DNA from: Chrysomallon squamiferum
Taxonomy: Eukaryota; Animalia; Mollusca
Reading direction: 5' to 3'
Length of the DNA stretch: 64,000 nucleotides
NCBI GenBank assembly: GCA_012295275.1
Contig: CM022673.1
Span: forward strand, 8,928,001 to 8,992,000
Shown here: positions 42,003 to 58,645 of the stretch, one piece after another
How positions within the stretch are numbered: the first letter of the stretch is position 1
Layout: each line of letters begins with the position of its first letter
Notes under the pieces: model-generated
Database searches by the model: none
Told to the model about the DNA's origin: nothing
The model's input: the letters and a program-made list of their open reading frames with translations, nothing else
Program-made: the position numbers and the translations under genes

Positions 42003-42491
42003 TATTTATAGTCGAATTTTGGAATTTAGGGGAATTTTTGGACCCTATTTGTATTGCGCAAAACCAAGTCCGGGTTAAGGTGATTTTCAAAGGTCCGGTT
42101 TAAGAGGGGTGTTTCGGAATGAGAGAAAAAAAAGTTTTTGTTCACTGACACAGAAATTATTTTACAATTATTATTATTATTTTTTTTTTTTTGTTAATTT
42201 TTGTTCTGGTTGTTTTCTTATTTTGGTGGAGATTTTGTTTTTTTTTGTGCGCTTTAATGTTGCTGTTGTTGCTGCTGTTTTTAAAGATCAGTTTGGAATG
42301 AGAAAGACGGTATCAGGTATTCCCAAAATTGTATTCAGCACCGACCCTGATAGTATCTTCAGCAGTTTCATTTTTATGTAAATTTTGAATAACATAATTC
42401 TTGACCCTGCCTGACTGTGTCACTGAACTAAAGAGCAAACCAGGATGTTCTCTGTGATTGGCTAAAACAACTTTATTTCACCTTGACCTTA
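42003..42491 (-). promoter_or_regulatory. Proximal promoter of copy 3
   Basis: TATA at 42003-42010; GGGGAATTTTT (kappaB-like) at 42029-42039; TTGCGCAA (C/EBP palindrome) at 42054-42061; CCAAT box plus TCACCTTGACCT block at ~42443-42491. Confidence 0.55.
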
Positions 42492-43298
42492 CACACTTCA
42501 GTTAATTTTCCAACCTTATCTGACAAAATTGTTATACAAACATTTACCTCCTGTATGTTTCGTCAGCCGAAATCTCTTTGTTTTTTTCGTTTTTTTTCTT
42601 CTGCTTCTTTTTTTATGGAACTTATTTAACTTTGTGCATAGAGCATGCTGACATTTAGCATTGAAAAATAACAAAATGTTAAAGAAATCCTAGTAAAACG
42701 TTTTAGAACCAAATAGAACAGTGATTTTTCAACTAATTTAGAAGCCTTTTATCCCCTGGATTAAGTATTTATATCGGTCATAGAAGTACAGTGTTTTTAT
42801 TTGTGAAGTTGTAAGAATTCGTGAATATTTGCAGCTGCTCCTGAATTTTCATAGCTCTCAAAGGGGGCCTATAGACCAGGATGAAAATGTTTGGCATATA
42901 ATTATGAAAACCCGATTTTAATCAGATGTTTCAAGTTTTAAATTATGTTTTCTTTAATGTAATAAAGGTAATAAAATTCAGCCCGAAATGCTGTAAGATA
43001 TCATTATCTGTATCTATCACATTATTAATAAATAACGTTATTTCATTTAACGATGTATGTGTCCAACTGAGAATATGTCTTAGAGAGTAGTTTTTGTTTT
43101 GATAATATATATTAATGGTATGTGTATTTTACATCAGTGTTTTCTTATTACTATAAACTTACACATATTGTTAAGGTGAGTCATAAATTCTAGCAGGGTG
43201 TGGTTTATTGTTCTTAGTATTGAAACTGATATCTTTAAACATTAAACGTGCCACAGCTGTGTGTATGAATGTATGTATGCATTATATATGTATATGTC

Positions 43299-43331
<33 letters not shown>

Positions 43332-44387
43332 GAGACATAAAATATACATACACATACATATACGTATATATGTTTAGATAAACAGATACATAGATATATA
43401 CGCATGAGTGTTGGTGTGCTTGTGTATATGTGTATACGTGCGTATGTACATATATACTGTTTATTCGAAGGTGTTAATATTAAGTCAATGATTGTTTATT
43501 TATGTTATTGTTATTAATGTCAAAGATATTACTTAAGGTTTTTATTTAGTATTGTTATTATTATTATAATTAAATTATTATTATTATTAGCATCATCGTC
43601 ATTATTATTGTTGTTGTTATTTTTGTTATGGGTATAATATATATAGTTGTTGTTGTTGTTTTTTTTGTTTATTAATGCAAAAACATATACAGTATGGATT
43701 AATACAGCCCCAAAACTTTAAGATATAATTCATTACCATCCCGTTATTGTTTAAAAGATATTGAACTTGAGAATATGTTTCAGAGAGTAGTTTTTTTGCA
43801 TATTATTAATATTGTGTATTTTCACATCATTGTTTTCATCTTATTATAAACTTACTTATTGTTAAGTTGAGTCATACATTTTACCAGGATGTAGTTTATT
43901 TTTCTTAGTATTGAAACTGGTATCTTTAAACATTTAAAGTGTCACAGGCAAAATTATGGCTGGAAATATGAAACCGCACGTTGTGCAACTAATAACGAAA
44001 AAAAAATTATTTATTAACAATTGCATTATCTAGTTGAAAGATTAAAACTAACGTTTTTCTGTTGTTGTCAAACGTCTTTTCTTCTTCTTCTTTTTCTTTT
44101 TCTGTTTTTCTTTTCTCGTAAAATAATGAAAGAGGAAGCCCTCTAAGAACATGTCATAATAACGGCTGCTAACATTTCGACCATCAGCCTCACAATGTTT
44201 AAAATATTCTCTCCACGATATCTAGTTTTAGAAAGGCCTGATTTTATTTATTCATGAGACCAGTTTTAAAAAAGTTTAAAATACATTTAAATGAAAAGCA
44301 GTGTTTACTACTATTGCTACCACTACAGGTATTGCTATTGTTGTACTATTACTACAGTAACGACGACAAAACTACTACAACTACTAC

Positions 44388-44441
<54 letters not shown>

Positions 44442-44633
44442 TAACAACAACAATAATAATGATCATGATCATGATAATAATAAAAATAATATAAAAAATA
44501 TAAATAATAATAACGATAATAATGTTTTCTTCTTTAATGATGTTTTGAATTTTTGGAGTTTGGGAACCAGTCGTCTGCCAGGTAGTTTTCATTTTGATGT
44601 TCATGTTGCTTTGTTTTATTTTTATTTTATATT

Positions 44634-44664
<31 letters not shown>

Positions 44665-44696
44665 TGATTATTATGATTATGATGATGATGATGATG

Positions 44697-44759
<63 letters not shown>

Positions 44760-45604
44760 TCTCGATTATTTTGTTTTGTTTTGCTTTCTTTGTCTTTTTA
44801 TTTTTATATTTATTGTTAATTTTTAATATTGTGTCTGTTGTTTTTATGTTGTTGTTTATTTTTGTATTAATTAACAGTATGGGAACGGACATATCCTCGT
44901 CTTCTCAGCTCAGAGGAAAACTCGTAACTAAGTAAATAAAATTGTAAAATTGAATAACAACAATAACAACAATTTTTTTTTTTTAATAATTGTTATTATT
45001 CTATGAGATACATTAGTAACACAGTCTAGATCTCAAAAAGATTAAAATGACTGAACCGTGATGAACCGTTGAATGTCTCTCGTCTACCTGAGATTTAACA
45101 TTCACACAATTCAGTCTGTGTATTAAGTTACATAGTGCACGCTTAGCGGGTTCGGCTCGAGACAAACTAGTGGTTAAAGTAATTAATGTTGTTTATATTC
45201 GAGACGTTTCTCTTTGTAGAAAAAGTGCAGTCTTATAGACATATATCTGCAATGATGTAATTGAAAGAATAATGAGATGATGATAGGGAAACAACGGCAA
45301 TATGAACACTAAGAGTAATAACAACGAACAATACCGATAACATGTGCATCAGCATCAACATCAATAAAACCAAAAACTGTCATCATTATGATCTTTTTTT
45401 TTCTCTCTCTCTCTATCTCGTGCATGACATTAATCAGCATACACAAAATTATACTGATAAATATTCATTATCGATCTCTTATTGTACATCTGTGTAGGAG
45501 TATGTGTGTGTGCTTGTATTAATCCATCTGTACCTATCTGTCTAGTTAGTTAGCTATCTAGAAATTTCTATTTCTACATATATATATATATACATACATG
45601 TGTA

Positions 45605-45654
<50 letters not shown>

Positions 45655-45899
45655 TATACAGACACAAATCTGGTATGTGTGTATGTCTGTCTGTCTGCCT
45701 ATCTTAATAACATCAACCGGATCTTCTTTTCTTTTTCACCTGTAACCACTCCGCCTTTATCTGAAGTGTTTGTTAAAGCTGTGAGTAACAAAATCTTTAC
45801 TCTTTATGAGTTTATTTTAAAACAACCAGAACAGCAATATCGTCTTCATTGTAATCTTTTATATATCTTTGTCTAATCCTTTTTCAGAATTATATATTT

Positions 45900-46400
45900 T
45901 ATTGTTTTATTTCTGTCATACAGTTGTTGGATTTATGCTTTATTAACAACAACAGCAACAACCTCAACAATAGGTGTGTGTGTGTGTATTCATTACTAAT
46001 GTTTCTTCTTTCATTATTTTTTGTTTCCTTCTTTTACAGGAAAGCAGCACGGACAACTCGTATGTTCGTTCCGTTCTTTGGATTACAATACTTGTTATTT
46101 CACCTCAGACCTTCTCAAGATTTGCATGTCTAAACAGATAATTTCGGAGATTAAAATAAGGGGAAGATAACTTCAAAAACTAATATAACGTTTTAGAGTA
46201 AAAGAGTTATGTTTCTTGGAAATTTCAAAAACAATAATTTTGCGAATATAATTATGACGTACAAATTAATAGAGATTATAAATTTTTCCATTCCACGATC
46301 GTAAACTGCTAAACTGTTATCGTCCAAGAATTGTTGATTTATTTCATAAAAGAAAGAGAGAAATGACGTTTTTTCAAAATCACATGAGTAAAAAAGCAAA
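45900..46400 (+). pseudogene. GPCR pseudogene fragment (part of the TM6 exon)
   Basis: KAARTTRMFVPFFGLQYLLFHLRPSQD at ~46040-46122, with the same deletion junction as the 24.7 kb copy, followed by intron and 3' UTR remnants. Confidence 0.85.
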
Positions 46401-47142
46401 TATTTAGCTGGTTTTGCTTAAATGAGTGTATTTATCAATAGATATGACTCCGCATAATCTTAGATTTAAAATACACTTCAAGCAAAGCATTTTTTTCCTT
46501 ATTGTCTTTATAAGAGTGTACGAAGGTAGATTACCCATATTATTTAAAACAGCTATTGATCAGATTTGGTCCGATGATAAATTTAATAATACAAAGGCAT
46601 AATTTGATATAAACATATTGTGAAGGAATCGAAGGACATAATCTCAGTAAATGATCCTTTGTTGCTAATTAAGAAAGTGCAGAAAATATCGCCAAAAAAA
46701 AACCCCAAGCTTTTTCGACGTTGTGTCTCTATTCTTAGTCCTAAATGTGAAGGTCAATAATGGTAGATTCAAAAATGTGTTGAGTACCTTTTTGAATAAA
46801 ATGTTCGAAAAGCTCACATAATTTTAATTTCACGGACGTTTTTCGAGTTGATTTCAAAGTTTCCCACGTGGCAGAGTGTGTTCTTTTAACGTACCAAACG
46901 AACGTTAAATACCATTATTTCAACAGAATTGTGTACTAGTTTGTTACTGAATAGTGGATTGTTTACTGCCCAGTGTAATGGCTATATCTTACTTTTATTT
47001 TATTTTATTTTATTTTATTTTATTTTATTTTATTTTATTTTGTTCTCTCAAAAATGTGGAAGAGAATGTTTTATTCTCTCAAACGTAGGGCTTTGAAGAT
47101 TCGTCCCGGACAACATATAAACAGACAAGTCACGTTAGACAA

Positions 47143-47190
<48 letters not shown>

Positions 47191-48278
47191 TATTATTTAT
47201 TATTTTATATTTCTGCCTCTTGTTATCAAAGGAAAATTTATGCTGTGTGTTTTAAAACATTTTGTCCGAATTATAATGTAGCATCAAATTCGTATTAGTT
47301 ATCAAAAGATACATATCCTGTTTATCTAAAGAAATATAAAAATATAGATGAAAAACAATTCCATTTACGTGTTGGTCTAGGTTTAAAACAGAATAGTGTG
47401 TGTGTGTGTGCGTGTGTGTTTATATCTGTATATATATTTTTCAGATAAATTTACATATATTTAAATATAAATTGAATTAATTTAAAATTAAGATTCTTTA
47501 CATTTTTTTATAGTCAGCACTTTTGCTATGATAGCACCTATTCATTTAATTTGAAAATGTTGTTTTTATCTGCTTCAGTTTCAACGATTTTGATGTCTCT
47601 CTTAAACAACTCCCATTCCGTCATTACTGGATGTTGTCAGTTAGAACTTTAATTTTAAACACACGTTCAAAATAGAAATCAATTAATAAAAATTCAAATT
47701 AATCTCTAGATATTTTAAACGTCGTAAGACTTTATATAATATTTTATATTTGTTTCTTGATAATTTTAGAATAAAAAGCAACAACAACAACAACTACGAA
47801 AACTATAAATAACTAATCATCTCTTTTGAGTTTTAATATAATTTTTAACATATAAAATTATATTACTAATAAATTCCTTGCAGATTTTAGTACGAAAGAA
47901 TTTTTCAGTCTTTGAGTTATATATTTCGTTAAAAGATTTTTTATTTTATTTTGTTTTTAACAAATTCAGATATTAGGAAAAGATGTCTAAAAAATGAAAT
48001 GACAATTTTAAAATGAACTTAAAGAAAAAAAAAAAACGAATAAGAAAAAGAAAGAAAAGAAGACTGGGTTTATAATCAAAATGTATATAAACTAACATCT
48101 AACAAATAAATATCATAAAACAAGGAAAAACAAACAAAAACAGTTTCATTAACTTTATTTTATTTACGTTTACAATCAAAGTCAGGATATTTAGTATGAC
48201 AGGATTAGAAAAGGAAACTTTAAACTGGTTACGTTAAATTCTGAAACATAAGGAAAGTCAATGTAGCTGCAGTGACAT

Positions 48279-50997
<2,719 letters not shown>

Positions 50998-51082
50998 GAT
51001 GGTCGGTTCTTCAGTTTTTCTCTTCTTTCTTCGTCTCTCAGAAAATTTCTCCTGAATGATGACTTGTCCTTCCACGCACTCG

Positions 51083-51579
51083 TATTTATAGTCGAATTTT
51101 GGAATTTAGGGGAATTTTTGGACCCTGTTTGTATTGCGCAAAACCAAGACCGGGTTAAAGTGATCGCCAAAGGTCCGGTTTAAGAGGGGTGTTTTGGAAT
51201 GAGAAAAAAAAATGCTTTTGTTCATTGACACAGAATTTATTTTACAATTATTTTTGTTCTTTGTTTGTTTGTTTTTGTTATTTTTCGTTGTGTTTTTGTT
51301 ATTATTATTTTGGTGGAGAGTGTTGGGTTTTTTTTGTGTGCTTTAATGTTGCTGTTGTTGCTGCTGTTTTTAAAGATCAATTTGGAATGACAAAGACGGT
51401 GTCAGGTATTCCCAAAATTGTATTCAGCACCGACCCTGATAGTAGCGTCAGCAGTTTCATTTTTATGTAAATTTTGAATAAAAGAATTCTTTATTGTGAC
51501 TGATATGTAACTCAACTAAACAGCAAACCAGGATGTTCACTGTGATTGGCTAAAACAACTTTATTTCACCTTGACCTTA
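51083..51579 (-). promoter_or_regulatory. Proximal promoter of copy 4
   Basis: TATA at 51083-51090; GGGGAATTTTT at 51109-51119; TTGCGCAA at 51134-51141; CCAAT/TGACCT block at ~51531-51579. Confidence 0.55.
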
Positions 51580-52478
51580 CACTCTTGTAATACAAAAATT
51601 ACCTCTTGTGTATTTCGTCAGCCAAAATCTGTTTGTTTTTTCGTTGTTTTTTTTTTCTTCTTCTTCTTCATTTTGTATGGAACTTATTTAACTTGCTACA
51701 TAGAGCATGGTGACATTTAGCATTTAAAAATAACAAAATATTAAAGAAATCCTTGAAAAACGTTATAGAACTAAATAGAACAGTGATTCGTTTTTATCCT
51801 AAAATATATATATTTTTTTTTTTCAATTATTATTTGTGACTCTTCAAATAATTTAGAAGCTTGGTATTCCCTGGATTAAGTTTTATATCGGCCATAGAGA
51901 TAGAGTGTTTTTATTTGTGAAGTTGTAAAAATTTGTGAATATATATCATTTTCCAGCTGCTCCTGAATTTTCATAGCTCTCAAAGGGGCCTATAGACCAA
52001 GACGAAATTGTCTGGCATAGAATTATGAAAACCCGATTTTAATGAGATGTTTCAAGTTTTAAATTATGTTTTCTTTCCTTGTCGCTTCTTGTTTATTTTA
52101 AATTAGCTGTATTAAAATTCAGATAGCTTTTGAAAACTGTTTTCAGTCTTTGTCGTTATTGCTTTCAGCGTTCTTGCATTCATAAAACCAATAAATATTT
52201 TGGATTTACTTTTAAACAAAGAGTTATTTATGTTTATCTATATGTATGTATGTACGTACCAACGTATATGTATCTATGTATATATATATATGTGTGTGTA
52301 TGTATATATGTATGTGTCTATATATGTATTAAATATGTATGTCTGTGTATATGTGTGTGTATATAGACATATACATACTTACATACACACCCATATACAT
52401 GCATATATACACATATACATATACGTACATATGTGTGTGTGTATGTGTAGATAAACAGATACATAGACAGACACGAAT

Positions 52479-52530
<52 letters not shown>

Positions 52531-53014
52531 CTGTTAATACGTGTGTAAGATACTATTTTTTCGAAGGTGTTAATATTAAGTCAATGGTTGCTTTTTCTTA
52601 TTTTAATTTTGTGCGTTGTTTTTGTAGTTTTGTTGTTGATGATGAGGAGCATAAGATTATATACACGTGTTGGTGTGTATATACATATATTCGCGTACTC
52701 ATTATTTTATTTATTTTCAAAAATGCATTTAGAAATATCTATGTTGTTGTTATTGTTGCTGCGGTTGTTATTTGTGTCAAAGTTGGTGTTTATGGTCTTG
52801 ATGGTGTAGATAATACTATGATTATTTTTCATTTTCCTTTGTCGGTGACTATCACAACTGTTTTTTCACAAAGTGATGGTTTTCTGCTTTATATAGTTTT
52901 GAACAATGTTCAAACAAACAATGAAAGAAAAAAGATTTCTAAAAACTGAATTATTCACCTTGGAGATTTTAGATCTATCCCTTATTATCAAAGATGTTAT
53001 TGAGTAATTGATTT

Positions 53015-53082
<68 letters not shown>

Positions 53083-54019
53083 CGTTATTATCGTTATAAT
53101 TGTTACTCTTGTTATTAGTAGTATTACTATTATTCTTATTGTTATTGTTGTTGTTTTTGTTGTTATTAATGTAAAATAGGTAATAAAATATGAAAAATTC
53201 AGCCCGAAAAACTGTAAGATATAATTATCTGTATCTATCACATTATTAATAAATAACGTTATTTCATTTAGCGATGTATGTGTCTTACTAAGAATATGTC
53301 TTTAGAGAGTAGTTTTTGTTTTCATAATATATATTAATGGTATGTGTATTTCACATCATTGTTTTCTTAATATTATAAACTTACTTATTGTTAAGTTGAG
53401 TCATAAATTTTACCAGGATGTAGTTTATTTTTCTTAGTACTGAAACTGATATCTTTAAACATTTAAAGTGTCACAGGTAAAACTATGGCTGGAAATATGA
53501 AACCGCACGTTGTGCAACTAATAACGAAAAAAAAGTATTTATTAACATTTGCATTATCTAGTTGAAAGATTAAAACTAACTTTTTTCTGTTGTTGTCAAA
53601 AGCCTTTTCTTCTTCTATTTTTCTTTTTCTGTTTTTCTTTTCTCGTAAAATAATGAAAGAGGAAGCCCTCTAAGAACATGCCATAATAATGGCTGCTAAC
53701 ATTTCGACCATCAGCCTCACAATGTTTAAAATATTCACTCCACGATATCTAGTTTTAGAAAGGCCTGATTTTATTTCTTCATGAGACCAGTTTTAAAAAA
53801 GTTTAAAATACATTTAAATGAAAAGCAATGTTTACTACTATTGCTACCACTACAGGTACTGTTACTGCTACTGTTGTACTACTACTACAATAACGACAAC
53901 AACAACTACTACTACTAACAATAATAATAAAAATAATAATAATAATAACAACAATAACAACAACAATAATAATGATGATGATAATAATAATAATAATAAT
54001 GATAATAATATAAAAAATA

Positions 54020-54058
<39 letters not shown>

Positions 54059-54183
54059 TAAAAAAAATATGAATAATAATAATAATAATTATAATTTTTT
54101 CTTCTTTAATGATGTTTTTAATTTTTGGATTTTGGGAACCAGTCTACTGTTCATGTTGTTTTGTTTTATTTTTATTTTATCTT

Positions 54184-54273
<90 letters not shown>

Positions 54274-54977
54274 TCTCGATTATATTGTTTTCCTTTGTTT
54301 TGTTTGTCTTTTTATTTTTATATTTATTTTTAATTTTTAATATTGTGTCTGTTGTTTTTGTTTACTTGATGTTGTTGTTTTTATGTTGTTGTTTATTTTT
54401 GTATTAATTAACAGTATGGGAACGGACATATCCTCGTCTTCTCAGCTCAGAGGAAAACTCGTAACTAAATAAATAAAATTGTAAAATTGAATAACAACAA
54501 TAACAACAATCTGTTTTTTTTTAAATATTTGTTATTATTTTATCAGATACATTAGTAACAGTCTAGATCTCATACAGTTTAAAATGACTGAACCCGGATG
54601 AACCGTTGAATGTCTCTCCTCTACCTGAGATTAAACATTCACAAAATTCAGTCTCTGTATTAAGTTACATAGTGCACGCTTAGCGGGTTCGGCTCGAGAC
54701 AAACTAGTGGTTAAAGTAATTAATGTTGTTTATATCCGAGACTTTTCTCTTTGTAGAAAACGTGCAGTCCTAGAGACATATATCTGGAATGAACACTAAG
54801 AGTAATAACACGAACAATACCAATAACATGTGCATGAGCATCAACATCAATAAAACCAAAAACTGTCATCATTAAGATTTTTTTCTCTCTCTGTCTTGTG
54901 CATGACATTAATCAGCATACACAAAATTATACTGATAAATATTTATTACCGATCTCTTATTGTACATCTGTGTATAT

Positions 54978-55022
<45 letters not shown>

Positions 55023-55399
55023 TGCTTGTATTAATCCATCTGTATCTATCTATCTTGTTTGTTAGCTATCTAGAAATCTCTCTTTCTACATGTATATACA
55101 TATATGTGTATGTGTGTGTGTATATATATATATATACATACAGATATACAGACACAAATCTGGTATGTGTGTGTGTCTGTCTGTCTGCCTATCTTAATAA
55201 CATCAACCGGATCTTCTTTTCTTTTTCACCTGTAGCCACTCCGCCTTTATCTGAAGTCTTTATCTGAAGTGTTTGTTAAAGCTGCGAGTAACAAAATCTT
55301 TACTCTTTATGAGTTTATTTTAAAATAACCGGAACAGCAATAGCGTCTTCATTGTAATCTTTTATATATCTCTGTCTGATCCTTTTTCAGAATTATATT

Positions 55400-56156
55400 T
55401 TATTGTTTTATTTCTGTCATACAGTTGTTGCATTTATGCTTTATTAACAACAGCAGCAACAACCACAACAATAATATGAAGAAGAATAATAAAAATAGAA
55501 AGAAGAAGAAAAAGAAGAAGAGTCATAATAACAAGAACAATAATAGTAAATAAATAGATAGATAAATACATAAAATAAAAAAGAAATAATATTATGATAT
55601 TGCCGCAGTACACAGCTTGCTATTTGAATTCGCTGTTCCCAATTAACTCAGATATAATTTACACGGATAATTAATTAAATATTTCTTTTAAAGTTTTAAT
55701 ATCAAGTATGTTATCCTGAATTAGTATTTTCCTTATATTTATACATCAGTACACAGATCTCAATAGCGTTTCTAAAGCAAGTAAATATTTTACTTAATTT
55801 GTGTATGTATGTGTGTGTGTCTGTATGTATGTACATAAGTCAGTGTATTCATTACTAATACTGCTTCTTTCATTATTTTTTGTTTCTTTCTTTTACAAGA
55901 AAGCAGCACGGGAAACTCTAATGTTCGTTTCGTTGTTTGGATTACAATACTTGTTATTTCACGCCAGACCTTCTGAAGATTTGCATCTCTAAACAGATAA
56001 CTTCGGAGATTAAAATAAGGGGAAGATAACTTCAAAAACTAATATAACGCTTTAGGGTAAAAGAGTTATGTTTCGTGGAAATTTCAAAAACTATAATCAT
56101 GCGAATATAATTATCACATACAAATTAAAAGAGATTATAAACTTTTGCATTCCATG

Positions 56157-56189
<33 letters not shown>

Positions 56190-56830
56190 TTCCATTTCAG
56201 GTTATGGCCTTTACTCGCCGTGAATGGAACCAGCACCGATTAATGACTGAGCATGCGTAAACAACTTGACGTCTGCCACGATGTACACGGAAGCTTATTC
56301 CGCCGTATATTCCTCCAACAAAGATCTCTCCTGTCAGAAGTCGAAAGTGGGCGCCGATATGCAAAAGAAAGCTGTGGTAATAGCTTATGTAAACAGTGAT
56401 TATAGGAACGACACACATACGACATGCACTCAAACAGACGCGCACGCGAAAAGGACATACATTTTTACATACAATCTTACATACGTGCATATCATACATA
56501 TATTTATAATTACACGTTTTCCCTTGTTTTCTGATTACAAGGACTTAGTTGACATGAAGGCTTTGAAAAGCGAAGAGTCGAACGGTGTACAACTTAATTG
56601 TGAACTATGATTGGAAATTACACCAAGAATTTCTATATTTTTACCAACTGTCGTTCGTAACAATTGTGTTACGTGAGTTTCCATAACGAAACTAAACCAG
56701 GGCCGTGTTCCAGAGGCACCAGAATGTGAGTTACTCAGTGCTAAACTGTTATCCTCCAAGAATTGTTGATTTAGTTTATAAAAGAAAGTTAGAAATGACG
56801 TTTCTTCAAAATGACATGAGTAAAAAAATA
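55400..56830 (+). pseudogene. GPCR pseudogene fragment (part of the TM6 exon plus last exon and 3' UTR)
   Basis: KAARETLMFVSLFGLQYLLFHARPSED at ~55899-55981; TM7 exon deleted; last exon 56201-56610 begins VMAFTRREWNQHRLMTEHA* (premature TAA) and ends ..VQLNCEL*. Confidence 0.88.
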
Positions 56831-57943
56831 TTTAGTGGGTTTTGTTTAAATGAGTGTATTTACCCATAGATATGACTCCGCATAATCTTAGATATAAAAT
56901 ACACTTCAAACAAAGCATTTTTTTCCTTATTGTCTTTATAAGAGTGTACGAAGGGATATTACCCATATTTTTATACAACAGCTATTGATCAGATTTGGTC
57001 CGATGATAAATTTAATAATACAAAGGCATAATTTGATATAACCATAATGTGAAGGAATCGAAGGTCGTAATCTCAGTAAATGATCCTTTGTTGCTAATTA
57101 AGAAAGTGCAGGAAATATCGCCAAAAAAAACAACAACCAGGTTTTCTCCCCGTTGTATCTCTATTCTTAGTCCTAAATGTGAAGGTCAATAATGGTAGAT
57201 TCAAAAATGTGTTCAGTACCTTGTTGAAGAAAATGTTCGAAAAGCTCACATAATTTTAATTACACGGACGTCTTTCCAGTTTACTTCAAATGTTTCCCAC
57301 GTGGCAGAGTGTGTTCTTTCAACGTACCAAACGAACGTTAAATACCATTATTTCAACAAAATTGTGTACTAGTTTGTTACTGAATAGTGGATTGTTTACT
57401 GCCCAGTGTAATTGCTATATCTTACTTTTATTTTATTTTATTTTATTTTGTTGTTTCGAAAATGTGGAAGAGAATGTTTTACTCTCTCAAACGTAGGGCT
57501 TTGAAGATTCGTCCCGGACGAACAAATTAACAGACAAGTCACGTTAGAGAATTGTTATTTTCTATTTCAGCCTCTTGTTATCGAAGGAAAGTTTATGCTG
57601 TGTTTTTCAAAAACATTTTGTCCGAATTATAATGTAGCATCAAATTCGTATTAGTTATCAAAAGATACATATCCTGTTTATCTAAAGAAATATAAAAATA
57701 TAGATGAAAAACAATTGCCTTTACGTGTTGGTGTATGTTTATATCGATATATATATATATTTCAGATAACAATTGCATATATTTAATATATACATTCAAT
57801 TAATTATAAAACTAAGATTCTTTACATTTCTTTATAGTCGGCACATTTGCTATGATAGCACCTATTCATTTAATTTGAAAATGTTGTTTTTTGTGACTAA
57901 CATACATTTTATCTACATCATTTTCAACGATTTTGATGTCTCT

Positions 57944-58204
57944 CTGATTTTGATTCTGTATATGTAACATCGTCTTCCTAAACACCACGAACGTTTGACA
58001 ATCCTTCCACCTGTAGTAGAAAAAAAATGAATGTATTTTGGGTTTATTCCATACACACAATCGTACGATTTTATATGTATGTATCCGTTGCTTTATTTAT
58101 TTATTTATTATTTATCATTATTATTTTTTATTCGTGAGTGTGAGTCATTCTAATTAAATATTTGAATTCGCAGTTAAATAATTAATTCATAATTCACCCT
58201 GGGA
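57944..58204 (-). pseudogene. Truncated fifth BRICHOS-peptide copy (first half of exon 6, intron 5, last bases of exon 5)
   Basis: 58010 downward reads GRIVKRSWCLGRRCYIYRIKI and then runs into flank sequence (stop at 57913-57915); the exon 5 end ccctggga (~58197-58204) abuts a Tigger fragment; exons 1-4 are absent. Confidence 0.85.
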
Positions 58205-58645
58205 CAGAGCTAAGAAGAAGAAGAGGATGATGTCCATTGAAATAAAGCATGAAATCATAGAAAACATGAGCGAGGTAGTCAACATGGCTAGGCAGTACGA
58301 GCGTAGTACTTTTATGATATATATGATACTGAAGCAGAAGGAGTCGATAAAGGCTATAAAACCAGCCAAAGGCGTTAAAAAAAATGTCTAAGCAGCGGAC
58401 CTCTGTCCATGAAAAGATGGAGAAACCCTAATCCTGTACACTTTACAAAACCAATTTATTTCTTTACATTCTCTTTTATTTTATTTTTATACAATATTTA
58501 TCATTTATACATATATATTTCTTATTTAAATTCACGTTACAAAAAAACTGGGGTGTTTTTCAATTAGTTTCATTTGGGAAAACTGATTTGATATACGAGG
58601 AAATTGAGTTACGAGCTTAGCCACGGAACGAATTAAGCTCGTAAA
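58205..58645 (+). mobile_element. 5'-truncated copy of the Tigger/pogo derivative at 13900
   Basis: MMSIEIKHEIIENMSEVVNMARQYERSTFMIYMILKQKESIKAIKPAKGVK; the downstream flank 58680-59690 matches 14650-15580, so this is a duplicate of the same insertion. Confidence 0.8.

Noticed and set aside
56266-56610. 114-aa ORF as a second receptor gene
   Set aside because: It follows a premature stop in a pseudo-exon, has no true ATG at the listed start, and upstream TM exons are deleted.
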